Shown: positions 31,396-40,137, counted from the stretch's first letter. The stretch: 64,000 nucleotides of DNA from Parcubacteria group bacterium (GCA_013204395.1 JABMNZ010000017.1:2490-66489), one strand, 5' to 3'. Program-made: numbers and translations. The notes: generated from the letters alone by a model not told the origin.

Positions 31396-32667
31396 ATGCA
31401 ACAAGATATCAAGATCCAATACGTTCCGATCACAAGTCTTAAATCAGCCGAATATAACCCTCGCTCCTGGGACGATTCAGCTAAAGAAAAGCTCAAAGCG
31501 AGCATTAAGCAACACGGTTTTTGCGATCCTGTGATCGTGAATAGTTCACTGGAGCGGAAGAATATCATCGTTGGTGGTCACTTTAGTACTGAATGCGCGA
31601 AGGAGCTTGGTTTTACAGAAGTTCCTGTCGTTTACGTTGAGTTAACACTAGAGCAAGAGAAGGCTCTCAACTTAAGATTAAATCGTGTTTCTGGAAGTTG
31701 GGATTTTGAACTCTTGAAAGAATTCGATATTGATCTTCTTCTTGATGTCGGGTTTGACGACACAGATCTTTCCAATATTTGGGACGATATTCTGTCGATC
31801 GAAGACGATGACTTTGATGTTGAAGGAGCTGTAGATGAAATAAAAGAACCAACAACTAAACTTGGTGATCATTATCAGCTTGGAAATCACAGGCTTCACT
31901 GCGCGGACTCGACAGATTTGGAGTCTGTGAAACGACTTGTAGGTGATCAGAAAATTGACATGGTTTTTTGTGACCCTGTCTACAATATTGGATTCAGTTA
32001 TAAAGACGGACTGACGACGAAAGGAAAATATGGAGGTAAAGCAAATGACACGAAATCAGATGAGGATTATCGGAACTTCATCAAAGCTTCGATGGAGAAC
32101 GCTCTGTCTGTAGCAAAACCTGATGCTCATGTCTTCTATTGGTGCGATCAGAAATACATTGGGCTTATGCAGTCGCTGTATGCAGAACTTGGCGTTGCGA
32201 ATAAGCGTGTGTGTATGTGGATCAAGAATAATTTCAACATGACACCTCACATCGCTTTCAACAAAGCGTACGAGCCATGTGTGTATGGAACGATCGGGTC
32301 GCCTTATCTTAATCCTGACGTCACAAACATTCATGAAATCGTGAATAAGGAGGTTGCTTCTGGGAATCGGTGCCTTTCAGACATTATCGACTTATTCGAT
32401 ATTTGGCTCGCTAAACGAGATAACGGAAATGAGTACGAGCATCCGACGCAAAAGCCGTTAACGCTTTGTGAGAAGCCCTTGAGGCGTTGTACGAAGCCAG
32501 GGGACAACGTCCTAGACTCTTTCGGTGGTGGCGGTAGTGTGTTGTTGAGCTGTGAGCAGATGAAGCGGAAGGCATTTTTGATAGATATAGATCCGATTTT
32601 CTGTGATGTGATAATTCGCAGGTTCGAGGAGATGACCGGAATCAAGGCTATTAAAATTAACGACTAA
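31396..32667 (+). CDS. ParB-like domain plus N4/N6 DNA methyltransferase (phage-type)
   Basis: YNPR..IVGGH ParB N-terminus; DPVY (variant of DPPY), HPTQKP and LDSFGGGGS motifs. Confidence 0.88.
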   Translation: MQQDIKIQYVPITSLKSAEYNPRSWDDSAKEKLKASIKQHGFCDPVIVNSSLERKNIIVGGHFSTECAKELGFTEVPVVYVELTLEQEKALNLRLNRVSGSWDFELLKEFDIDLLLDVGFDDTDLSNIWDDILSIEDDDFDVEGAVDEIKEPTTKLGDHYQLGNHRLHCADSTDLESVKRLVGDQKIDMVFCDPVYNIGFSYKDGLTTKGKYGGKANDTKSDEDYRNFIKASMENALSVAKPDAHVFYWCDQKYIGLMQSLYAELGVANKRVCMWIKNNFNMTPHIAFNKAYEPCVYGTIGSPYLNPDVTNIHEIVNKEVASGNRCLSDIIDLFDIWLAKRDNGNEYEHPTQKPLTLCEKPLRRCTKPGDNVLDSFGGGGSVLLSCEQMKRKAFLIDIDPIFCDVIIRRFEEMTGIKAIKIND

Positions 32668-32670
32668 ACT

Positions 32671-33423
32671 ATGGATATCAAAACCGGAGATATTATCAGG
32701 CTTGGAGATCACTATCTTTTCTGCGGAGATTCAACAAAACGAGAGAGTGTAGAAAAGCTACTGAAGGACAGAGAGATCGATTTAATCCTGACAGATCCTC
32801 CGTACGGAGTGGCCTACGTTGAAAGTAAGGAAGGTTTTACACAAACGATCGCAAAACCGAAAATCATTAAAGGTGACGAGATTCAAACGGAGGCGAATTA
32901 TCGGAGCTTCACTTGTGCGTGGCTCACGCAGGCTCAGCCTTTCATGGCAAACAAAAACTCTGTCTACATCTTCAACTCGGACAAGATGGTCTTTGCTCTG
33001 CGTGAAGGTTTCCTGCAGGCTGGATTCAGATTCACACAACTCCTTATTTGGGCAAAGACTCACGCGGTGGTGGGGAGGATGGATTACTTGCCTCAGCACG
33101 AACTAATTATGTACGGCTGGTATGGCACGCATAAGTTCCATAAGTCTAAAGATAAATCCGTACTCATATATCCAAAACCAAACAAATCGAAATGGCATCC
33201 TACAATGAAACCTATTGGTTTACTTCGGAGGATGATTCTGAATAGCTCAAAGGTGGGTGACACGGTTTACGATCCCTTTGGAGGGAGCGGATCAACCCTT
33301 TTGGCATGCGAGCATACGAACCGTAGGTGCGTCATGATAGAGATCGATTTAGAGTATTGCCAAACGATCGTGATGCTTTGGGAGATGTTTACTAAGCAGA
33401 AAGCAGAAAAGGTCTATGAATGA
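32671..33423 (+). CDS. N4/N6 site-specific DNA methyltransferase
   Basis: TDPPY, HPTMKP and DPFGGSGST motifs. Confidence 0.92.
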   Translation: MDIKTGDIIRLGDHYLFCGDSTKRESVEKLLKDREIDLILTDPPYGVAYVESKEGFTQTIAKPKIIKGDEIQTEANYRSFTCAWLTQAQPFMANKNSVYIFNSDKMVFALREGFLQAGFRFTQLLIWAKTHAVVGRMDYLPQHELIMYGWYGTHKFHKSKDKSVLIYPKPNKSKWHPTMKPIGLLRRMILNSSKVGDTVYDPFGGSGSTLLACEHTNRRCVMIEIDLEYCQTIVMLWEMFTKQKAEKVYE

Positions 33424-33865
33424 ACATATCCCATCACCGTATCCTGCGGTGGCAGAACGACAGGATAAGCAAAAAGAGCTTGTTATTGAACAGCTAAAGA
33501 AAACGCCGATCATTCAGATTGTGTGCGAGAAGGTTGGAATATCACGCGCGACATTCTACAGATGGAAACAAGACGACCTGGTATTCGCAGATGCACTTGA
33601 ACATGCAATCTTTATGGGCGTTGAGCTTGTAAACGACATGGCAGAGTCACAGTTATTGTCGGCGATTCGTGATCAGAATATGACAGCCATTATCTTCTGG
33701 CTGAAGCATCGACACCGATCATACGGGACACGCGTTTCGTTGGATGCCAATCTAAACGTAAACAGAAGCTTGAGTACAGAGGAGCAAGAGACAATCAAGA
33801 AGGCTTTAAGTCTCGCGAAATTAATTCCTGAAAGCATTGCGTATGACGAACAAGAAACTGAGTGA
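33416..33865 (+). CDS. HTH protein, probable terminase small subunit
   Basis: CEKVGISRATFYRW HTH and AIIFWLK; directly upstream of TerL. Confidence 0.7.
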   Translation: MNEHIPSPYPAVAERQDKQKELVIEQLKKTPIIQIVCEKVGISRATFYRWKQDDLVFADALEHAIFMGVELVNDMAESQLLSAIRDQNMTAIIFWLKHRHRSYGTRVSLDANLNVNRSLSTEEQETIKKALSLAKLIPESIAYDEQETE

Positions 33866-35330
33866 TCAGATACTGCAGGACAAAGGTATCCGTACAGGGC
33901 TGACAACGGGAAGTCATATGTGGTTCTTTCATACCTATATCAGCGATTATGTGCAGTATCCGACGGCGCCATTTCAGAGACAGTTCTTTGATATCACCGA
34001 AGACACCTCAACCAAGCTCGTCGTCTTAACAGCGTTTCGTGGATCGGCGAAGTCTACAATATTCACTATGTCGTATCCGATTTGGGCGATTCTTGGAAAA
34101 CAGCAGAAGAAATTCGTTTTGATTTTGTCGCAGACTCAGTCGCAGGTAAAAATGCATCTTGCAAACTTAAAGCGTGAGCTTGAGTCAAATAGATTGTTGC
34201 GCCAAGACCTGGGACCATTCGAAGAGCAAGATGAGGAATGGAGTTCTGGAACGATTGTACTTCCGAAGTATGGAGCACGCATCACCGCGCTCTCTATGGA
34301 GCAAGGAGTTCGAGGATTGCGCCACGGGTCGCATCGTCCCGATATTATCATCTGTGACGACATCGATGACATATCATCTGTAAAGACAAAAGATTCACGG
34401 GATAAAGTGTGTAACTGGTTTTTGGGCGATGTCGTCCCAGCAGGAGACACGGATACGCGCATTATTGTTGTTGGTAACTTGTTGCACGAGGATTCGCTGA
34501 TGATGAGGTTGAAAAATCAAATTGAATCAGATCAACTGGATGGATCGTTCTTTTCGTTTCCCATTGTAGATGAGATAGATAAGCCTATCTGGCCAGGAAA
34601 ATTTAGGAAGCCAGAAGATCTCTTGAATCTGAAGAGGAAAATCGGGAACGAGGTCGTATGGCAACGGGAGTATATGCTTCGCATAATATCCAATACAGAT
34701 CGCGTAGTGCATCCCGAATGGATTCAATTTTATGACGAGTTACCAAAGCTCGCTGGAAATGTTGAACTGCGAGGGATCTATAGCGGGGTGGATCTGGCTA
34801 TCTCTGAAAAGACATCAGCTGATTACACCGCGATAGTCACTGTTGCCGTTTACGTTGTCGACAAGGAAGTTAAAATCTACGTCTTCCCAAACCCAGTGAA
34901 TCAACGACTGACATTTCCGAAAACTGTAGAACGCATAAAGATGCTTTACGACAACATCCATGAGAGTAATAGTAGAAACAAGATCTATATTGAGGATGTT
35001 GGATATCAGAAAGCCCTCATACAGCAACTTGAAATGGAGCGCTTGCCCGTTGAAGGCGTCGGGGTTGGCGGTACAGACAAAAGATCCCGCATCGCGCTCA
35101 CAAGCCCACATATCGAGTCTGGAAAGGTTTTATTCCCCAAGAAGGGGTGTAAAGATCTGATCATGCAGTTAGTCGATTTTGGTGCGGAAAAAAATGACGA
35201 TTTGGCTGATGCATTTTCCATGGTAATTAATAAGGCTGTCACAATAAAATACTGCACATTCGGAATCTGGGACTTGAATCAGGATGTAGGACCCATGATT
35301 GTTGGAGACATTATGAATAGAAGGTTCTAG
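33843..35330 (+). CDS. Phage terminase large subunit-like ATPase/nuclease
   Basis: Walker A FRGSAKST, Walker B IIICDD, nuclease motifs GVDLA and NDDLADA. Confidence 0.85.
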   Translation: MTNKKLSDQILQDKGIRTGLTTGSHMWFFHTYISDYVQYPTAPFQRQFFDITEDTSTKLVVLTAFRGSAKSTIFTMSYPIWAILGKQQKKFVLILSQTQSQVKMHLANLKRELESNRLLRQDLGPFEEQDEEWSSGTIVLPKYGARITALSMEQGVRGLRHGSHRPDIIICDDIDDISSVKTKDSRDKVCNWFLGDVVPAGDTDTRIIVVGNLLHEDSLMMRLKNQIESDQLDGSFFSFPIVDEIDKPIWPGKFRKPEDLLNLKRKIGNEVVWQREYMLRIISNTDRVVHPEWIQFYDELPKLAGNVELRGIYSGVDLAISEKTSADYTAIVTVAVYVVDKEVKIYVFPNPVNQRLTFPKTVERIKMLYDNIHESNSRNKIYIEDVGYQKALIQQLEMERLPVEGVGVGGTDKRSRIALTSPHIESGKVLFPKKGCKDLIMQLVDFGAEKNDDLADAFSMVINKAVTIKYCTFGIWDLNQDVGPMIVGDIMNRRF

Positions 35331-35389
35331 CAACCTACCTAAAATGTAGGGCCTAGACTTACCCCACCGTAGCGGTATGTTGTGTGCAT

Positions 35390-36679
35390 ATGGAAGGTCT
35401 CGAAACAACTGCACTACATTACGTCTTATACGCGCGAAAATCGTCCGAAGCAGAGGAGAGACAGGCTTTGTCGATAGAGTCGCAGGTTAAGGAGATTTCA
35501 GCCTTTGCAGAGCAACAGGGGCTCACAATCGTGGAGATAAAGAGAGAAAGCCATTCCGCAAAGGATACAGGGCAGAGGAAGGTGTTTAACTCCATGATCC
35601 AAGGTCTTAGAGACGGCAAGTACCAGGGAATCGTCACATGGGCACCAGACAGGTTGAGTCGCAACGCAGGCGATCTTGGAGCGCTGGTTGACCTTATGGA
35701 CAGCAAGAAGCTTCAACAGATCAGAACACCAAGCCAGATGTTCACCAACTCTCCGAGCGACAAATTCCTGCTCATGATCCTGTGCTCGCAGGCCAAGCTC
35801 GAGAATGATAATAAGAGTGTGAATGTGAAGCGCGGACTACGTGCCAAGTGCGAGTTGGGTGTGCGTCCAGGCGTTGCGCCGCTTGGGTATCTTAACAATC
35901 CAAATCAGACAAAGGGACAAAGGAAGATAAATCTAGATCCAGAACGCGCGCATGTCATAAAAGAAATGTTCGAGCTAGTTGCAGAGCATGGATACAGTGG
36001 GCGCGACTTGTTCGTGTGGATCAATAAGGAAACGGGAATGCGTACACGTGGTGGAAAGAAGGTGTCGCTAAGTTCGATCTACCGCATGCTAAACACGCCG
36101 TTTTACTACGGTGAGTTTGAGTACCCACGAGGTGGGGGAGTATGGTACAAGGGCGACCACGATCCGTTAATATCAAAAGAGTTATTCGAGAAAGTACAGA
36201 AGCATTTAGACATACCGACTCGCGAAAAGAAAAGGTCTCACACGTTCAACTACACAAGGCTCATACGTTGCGGGGACTGCGGGTCGTTTGTGTCTGCTGA
36301 TCAAAAAATTAAGACATTAAAGTCTGGTGAGCAAAAGCATTACATCTATTACAGATGCTCTCGTGGTCGCGATCGTTTCTGCGCTCAGCCTCCGATCACA
36401 GAGGATGATCTTGTCGGCGAGATGTACAAAGTCTTCGATCAAATTAAGCTGGATGAAAAGAAACTCACACAAAATCTCAAGCGTGAGTTTCTTAAATACC
36501 GAAACTTCATGAGGGATGTATTCGGAGCAGAAGTTGCGCGTCAAAGCGATGACAAGCTGAATGTGAATGCGTACGCGCAGTACTTGCTCAAGACAGGATC
36601 GCGCGAGGAAAAGCGGGAGTTGCTTAAAAGCCTAGAAACTAAGCTCGTTCTTCAGAGTAGATGTCTAAATATCCCTTGA
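35390..36679 (+). CDS. Large serine recombinase (integrase)
   Basis: YARKSS catalytic motif, DRLSR, recombinase domain and zinc ribbon CGDCG..YYRC..C. Confidence 0.93.
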   Translation: MEGLETTALHYVLYARKSSEAEERQALSIESQVKEISAFAEQQGLTIVEIKRESHSAKDTGQRKVFNSMIQGLRDGKYQGIVTWAPDRLSRNAGDLGALVDLMDSKKLQQIRTPSQMFTNSPSDKFLLMILCSQAKLENDNKSVNVKRGLRAKCELGVRPGVAPLGYLNNPNQTKGQRKINLDPERAHVIKEMFELVAEHGYSGRDLFVWINKETGMRTRGGKKVSLSSIYRMLNTPFYYGEFEYPRGGGVWYKGDHDPLISKELFEKVQKHLDIPTREKKRSHTFNYTRLIRCGDCGSFVSADQKIKTLKSGEQKHYIYYRCSRGRDRFCAQPPITEDDLVGEMYKVFDQIKLDEKKLTQNLKREFLKYRNFMRDVFGAEVARQSDDKLNVNAYAQYLLKTGSREEKRELLKSLETKLVLQSRCLNIP

Positions 36680-36706
36680 AAACAGCTTGTTTTAGAGGTA
36701 TGGTGG

Positions 36707-36825
36707 TTGACAGAAGTCCATTTTTCTGCTACATTTAGCCGTTGTTCTTTACTATCTATCAAGTTCCAATATCTCTTGAGAGTGGCGTTTTGCAGTTAGT
36801 GCAGACTTCAAAACGCCACTCTTAA
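36707..36825 (+). promoter_or_regulatory. Promoter and 5' leader hairpin of the DGR target gene
   Basis: TTGACA 36707-17 bp-TACATT. Stem agagtggcgttttg/caaaacgccactct within 36776-36825. Confidence 0.55.
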
Positions 36826-36902
36826 TGAACAAAGGCAGGTTTCCGTGAGCGCATAGGGTGCGAACGGTGGCTAGTCGGAGTTGGCACAAGGAGGCAGGTC
36901 TT

Positions 36903-37730
36903 ATGGCCGGTCCCGATCCTGACCAGAACGCTGAGTTCTGGCGTCGTTTTCGCCGCTTCGGCGGCACCGATCCTACCATGAAGGAGCTCCTCGGAGACGA
37001 TGAGCTCATGGAGTGGTGGATCACGTCGCTCAACGAGCGACGCAACTCCAACCCGTTCGAGATCTCTGTGAAGGAGTCCCTCGATCGTCTGCGAGCCGCC
37101 TACGACGACACCTTCTGTCCGCTGGGCGCGAAGGAGCCGACGTCTTCGGAGCTCACTCACCTCGAGCGTATGGCGCCCAACTGGCCCAAGGGCAAAGACG
37201 CCTTCCGCAGCTTCCAGGTGCGGCCGGCGGCCTTCGGCGAGGGTCGCGATGGGGTCATCAATACCTTCGAGGCGACCTGCGCGAGCGTCAAGCTCATCCA
37301 CGACCCCAAGTTCTGGCGATGGGAGTTGCTCCTCTCGGGAGCGCATCCGTACCAGGGCGAGGACGTGGAACGCCTGCGACTACTGGGCGGCAACGAGCGC
37401 CACACTCCGGGGGTCTGCTGGGTCACCTTCAATCTGTCGGAGGGTCGGCAGCGCGCCGATGTCACGTCCGTGCGAAGCGGTCGGTCACTCTCGGACGCCG
37501 GGATCTTCGCTGCGCGGATGTTCCCGGATCGCGCCAAGGCGATCGACTACGAGAAGAAGCCGGCTTGGTTCTGTGCTGGCTACGAGTTGAACGTCCCCGA
37601 GCGCGCTGATGAGCCGTGGCAGTACGTGCCCTGCGTGCACCGCAACGTGCGCTACGGCACGGTGCCCCTGCGCGCCCACTGGCGCGGCGATGCCAACTCG
37701 CGCTACTCGGTGCCCTCCGTCGGGGAGTAG
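36903..37730 (+). CDS. DGR target (variable) protein, C-terminal VR, probable C-type-lectin-fold display
   Basis: AAGGAGG SD before ATG 36903. The last ~45 codons are the VR. Confidence 0.9.
   Translation: MAGPDPDQNAEFWRRFRRFGGTDPTMKELLGDDELMEWWITSLNERRNSNPFEISVKESLDRLRAAYDDTFCPLGAKEPTSSELTHLERMAPNWPKGKDAFRSFQVRPAAFGEGRDGVINTFEATCASVKLIHDPKFWRWELLLSGAHPYQGEDVERLRLLGGNERHTPGVCWVTFNLSEGRQRADVTSVRSGRSLSDAGIFAARMFPDRAKAIDYEKKPAWFCAGYELNVPERADEPWQYVPCVHRNVRYGTVPLRAHWRGDANSRYSVPSVGE
37592..37724 (+). repeat. DGR variable region (VR)
   Basis: 133 nt, ungapped alignment to TR with 18 mismatches, all opposite TR adenines. Confidence 0.97.
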
Positions 37731-37790
37731 GCACTGGGAACTTGAACGCTTTGCGCTCGGAGGTTCTTGGGACTTGTCTCTTGACCCTTC

Positions 37791-37805
37791 GTTCGCGAAG
37801 CGAAC
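37791..37805 (+). other. DGR cis-acting DNA hairpin candidate
   Basis: GTTCGC-GAA-GCGAAC (GRA triloop) downstream of the VR. Confidence 0.6.
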
Positions 37806-37861
37806 TCGCCACGAAAAAGCGCACGCGCTCTACGTGGCACTGCGGCATCTGGAAAACGCTC

Positions 37862-37900
37862 AATAGAAGAGTGTCACTCCCAGGTGCCGCTCTTCTATTT
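37862..37900 (+). terminator. Hairpin between target gene and TR unit
   Basis: aatagaagag...ctcttctatt stem. Confidence 0.5.
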
Positions 37901-38160
37901 CAACAATCTTTGATAAACTAGTAGTGGAAAGTAGGTCAGTGAGCCCGTGTTTAAGAATACTGGTCACCGAAATCTCTTGTTTCCCAATATACCGGCAGAG
38001 TTTCATTGTTCACGGATAATGAAAGTGTACGGTGGGACTAACAAGCACTCCGCATTTCATCTTGGAATCAACCTTCAGTGAAGGAGTGAGTTCCGCATAA
38101 AATTCAGAAGTCGGATGCGTCTGACTTTGGTGTCATGGAAGGGTGAAGTGTAAAGTGAGG

Positions 38161-38293
38161 CGTCCCCGAGAACGATAATGAGCCGTGGCAGAACGTGCCC
38201 TGCGTGAACCGCAACGTGAACAACGGCACGGTGAACCTGAACGCCAACTGGCGCAGCAATGCCAACTCGAACTACTCGGTGCCCTCCGTCGGG
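38161..38293 (+). repeat. DGR template repeat (TR), non-coding RNA template
   Basis: AAC/AAT-rich copy of the VR (aac gat aat gag ccg tgg cag aac...). Confidence 0.97.
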
Positions 38294-38306
38294 AGTTCTT
38301 GTGTAG

Positions 38307-38334
38307 CAAAGAAGCGCTCTATCGCGCTTCTTTG
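38307..38334. terminator. Hairpin between TR and the convergent avd gene
   Basis: caaagaagcgc-tctatc-gcgcttctttg, 11-bp stem. Confidence 0.6.
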
Positions 38335-38339
38335 TCTTC

Positions 38340-38714
38340 CTAGTTCTTTTTGAGATCCTCCTGAGTGCGTTTGATCCAGCCACCTAGCATCTTTCCTGTT
38401 TCAATAAGTCTGGACTCAATGTGGAGATATTGATTGTTCCCAATGCACTTGCAGTCCTTGGATAGTCGTACAAGGAGTTTAGTAAGATCAAGTTTTGCGC
38501 TTGCTTGTTGCAGAGTCGTTAGCTTCTCCTGGTCTTTGGTACTTGCGCTGGCGGTAAGGACCAATTCAAGCACCGTCAGAGCATGAAGCGAGACGCGTTC
38601 ACCCAAAGTGTATCGTTGTACTTTTGGAAACTTTACTATGATCTCATTCCACTCAGCATAAATATCGTATAGCGTATGAGCAATTGGGATATCACCAGGA
38701 CCGCCTCTGAGCAA
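38340..38714 (-). CDS. avd: DGR accessory variability determinant (Avd, four-helix bundle)
   Basis: FPKVQRYTLG, LDLTKLLVRL and GKMLGGW motifs. Start is uncertain: TTG 38714, or ATG 38766 if the G-tract is 10 nt. Confidence 0.9.
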   Translation of the reverse strand: MLRGGPGDIPIAHTLYDIYAEWNEIIVKFPKVQRYTLGERVSLHALTVLELVLTASASTKDQEKLTTLQQASAKLDLTKLLVRLSKDCKCIGNNQYLHIESRLIETGKMLGGWIKRTQEDLKKN

Positions 38715-38733
38715 CTTTCGATCTTTCCTAATA

Positions 38734-39735
38734 ATGCGGGGGGGGGGGAGAAATAGGCGTCCTCATAGGTTGGATAGTTATGATTTGTTTTCACGGATCA
38801 CTTCAATAGAAAACCTTTTTATCGCATGGGAACGTTTTCGTAAAGGTAAGCGAAGTCGCCAAGACGTAATGTTATTTGAACGCCATCTTGAAGACAACTT
38901 GTTTGCCCTACAAGCCGAACTTGCCTCAGGTGCTTACCAGCATAGTCCCTACGAGCGATTTACCATCCACGACCCAAAACAACGTACTATTCACAAGGCC
39001 GATGTAAAAGATCGCGTTGTCCATCAAGCCATTGTGAATGTTATCGAGCCCTTATTTGAGAAGCGATTCATTTATGACAGTTATTCATGCCGTGTAGGAA
39101 AAGGTACGCATGCGGCGGTGAAGAGGCTGAGGACGTTCTTGCTCAGAGATAGTATCAACAATATAAAAACAGTCTACGCTCTCAAATGTGACATTCAAAA
39201 GTTTTTCGCGAGTGTGAATCATCGAAAGCTTCTTCATCTTCTTGAAAGACACATTCACGATCCCGAAACCATGAAGCTGCTTACTGGTGTCATTGAAAGC
39301 TTTTCTGTTTCGCCTGGCGTGGGAATACCTCTGGGCAATCTCACAAGTCAATTATTCGCAAACGTGTACCTTCATGAGTTGGATTGGTTCGCGAAGCAAG
39401 AACTAAAAGTGCACCACTACGTTCGGTACTGTGACGATTTTGTGTTGCTCGCAGAATCCCAGGAAGAATGTGATGTATTCACTGAACGAATTGAGATGTT
39501 TCTTAAAAGTCATCTCCACATGCATCTGCATCCAAACAAAGTACACGTGAGGACCTGGAGGCAGGGTGTAGATTTTCTCGGATATATATTGTTACCACAC
39601 ACGACCATTTTACGACCGTCTACAAAGAAAAGGATGATCCGCAAAATCAACAAGGACAATGCAAGTTCGTACCTTGGTTTGTGTCAGCACGCAAACGCCT
39701 TTGATCTTGAACGAATGTTAAAGAACCTAGTTTGA
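38734..39735 (+). CDS. DGR reverse transcriptase
   Basis: KDRVVHQA, SYSCRVGKGTH, KCDIQKFF, GIPLGNLTSQLFAN, YVRYCDDF and GVDFLGY motifs. True start may be ATG 38676 across the G-tract. Confidence 0.96.
   Translation: MRGGGRNRRPHRLDSYDLFSRITSIENLFIAWERFRKGKRSRQDVMLFERHLEDNLFALQAELASGAYQHSPYERFTIHDPKQRTIHKADVKDRVVHQAIVNVIEPLFEKRFIYDSYSCRVGKGTHAAVKRLRTFLLRDSINNIKTVYALKCDIQKFFASVNHRKLLHLLERHIHDPETMKLLTGVIESFSVSPGVGIPLGNLTSQLFANVYLHELDWFAKQELKVHHYVRYCDDFVLLAESQEECDVFTERIEMFLKSHLHMHLHPNKVHVRTWRQGVDFLGYILLPHTTILRPSTKKRMIRKINKDNASSYLGLCQHANAFDLERMLKNLV
38738..38748. repeat. Poly-G(11) homopolymer at the avd/RT junction
   Basis: Read directly from the sequence. Confidence 0.9.
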
Positions 39736-40137
39736 TACCGATTCTCGCATTCCTATATTTCCGTAGTCTTCCCCCCGGGACTTCTCTGTTGCACATGATT
39801 CTCTACCTTGACAGCCTGCTCTTTTGCGACAGGATTCGGTTTGGATTCCTTGACCCTAGGTTTCTTTTTTGATGAGTCTATGGGGCTACTTGGTTTTTGG
39901 GAAGCTATCGATCGTGGAAGCTGGATAGAAATTCTGCTTAGATTTTTTAGGGTAATCAGAAATTATTTCAGAACAAACTCGTTGACTGATTGCTACTGAT
40001 AAAATATCTGCAATTTGAATATGAGTTCGCATACTTGTATATGCATGATTGGATCATTATTATTCTTTTGAACTGTTTGGAGAGTTTATCAAACTAAAAA
40101 TAATTGACTTATATTAATGGTTTTGGGATTCCAATGA

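Larger units (their letters stand above)
30656..36679 (+). mobile_element. Phage-like/satellite-like integrative module (wHTH, 2 MTases, TerS-like, TerL, serine recombinase) without structural genes
   Basis: Co-oriented, tightly coupled genes. Boundaries and att sites not identified. Confidence 0.6.
36903..39735 (+). mobile_element. Diversity-generating retroelement (target-VR, TR, avd, RT)
   Basis: TR/VR pair with adenine-only mismatches, Avd homolog and DGR-type RT. Confidence 0.97.

Noticed and set aside
36752-38383. Many overlapping short ORFs across the target gene and TR
   Set aside because: Products of high GC content and the TR/VR duplication. The TR is a non-coding template.
38734-39735. 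Group II intron, retron or CRISPR-associated RT
   Set aside because: No maturase/endonuclease extension. The GNLTSQ motif, Avd and the TR/VR pair identify a DGR RT.
39740-40130. Short ORFs between RT and the nuclease gene
   Set aside because: Short, no convincing start signals or motifs; possibly decayed sequence.
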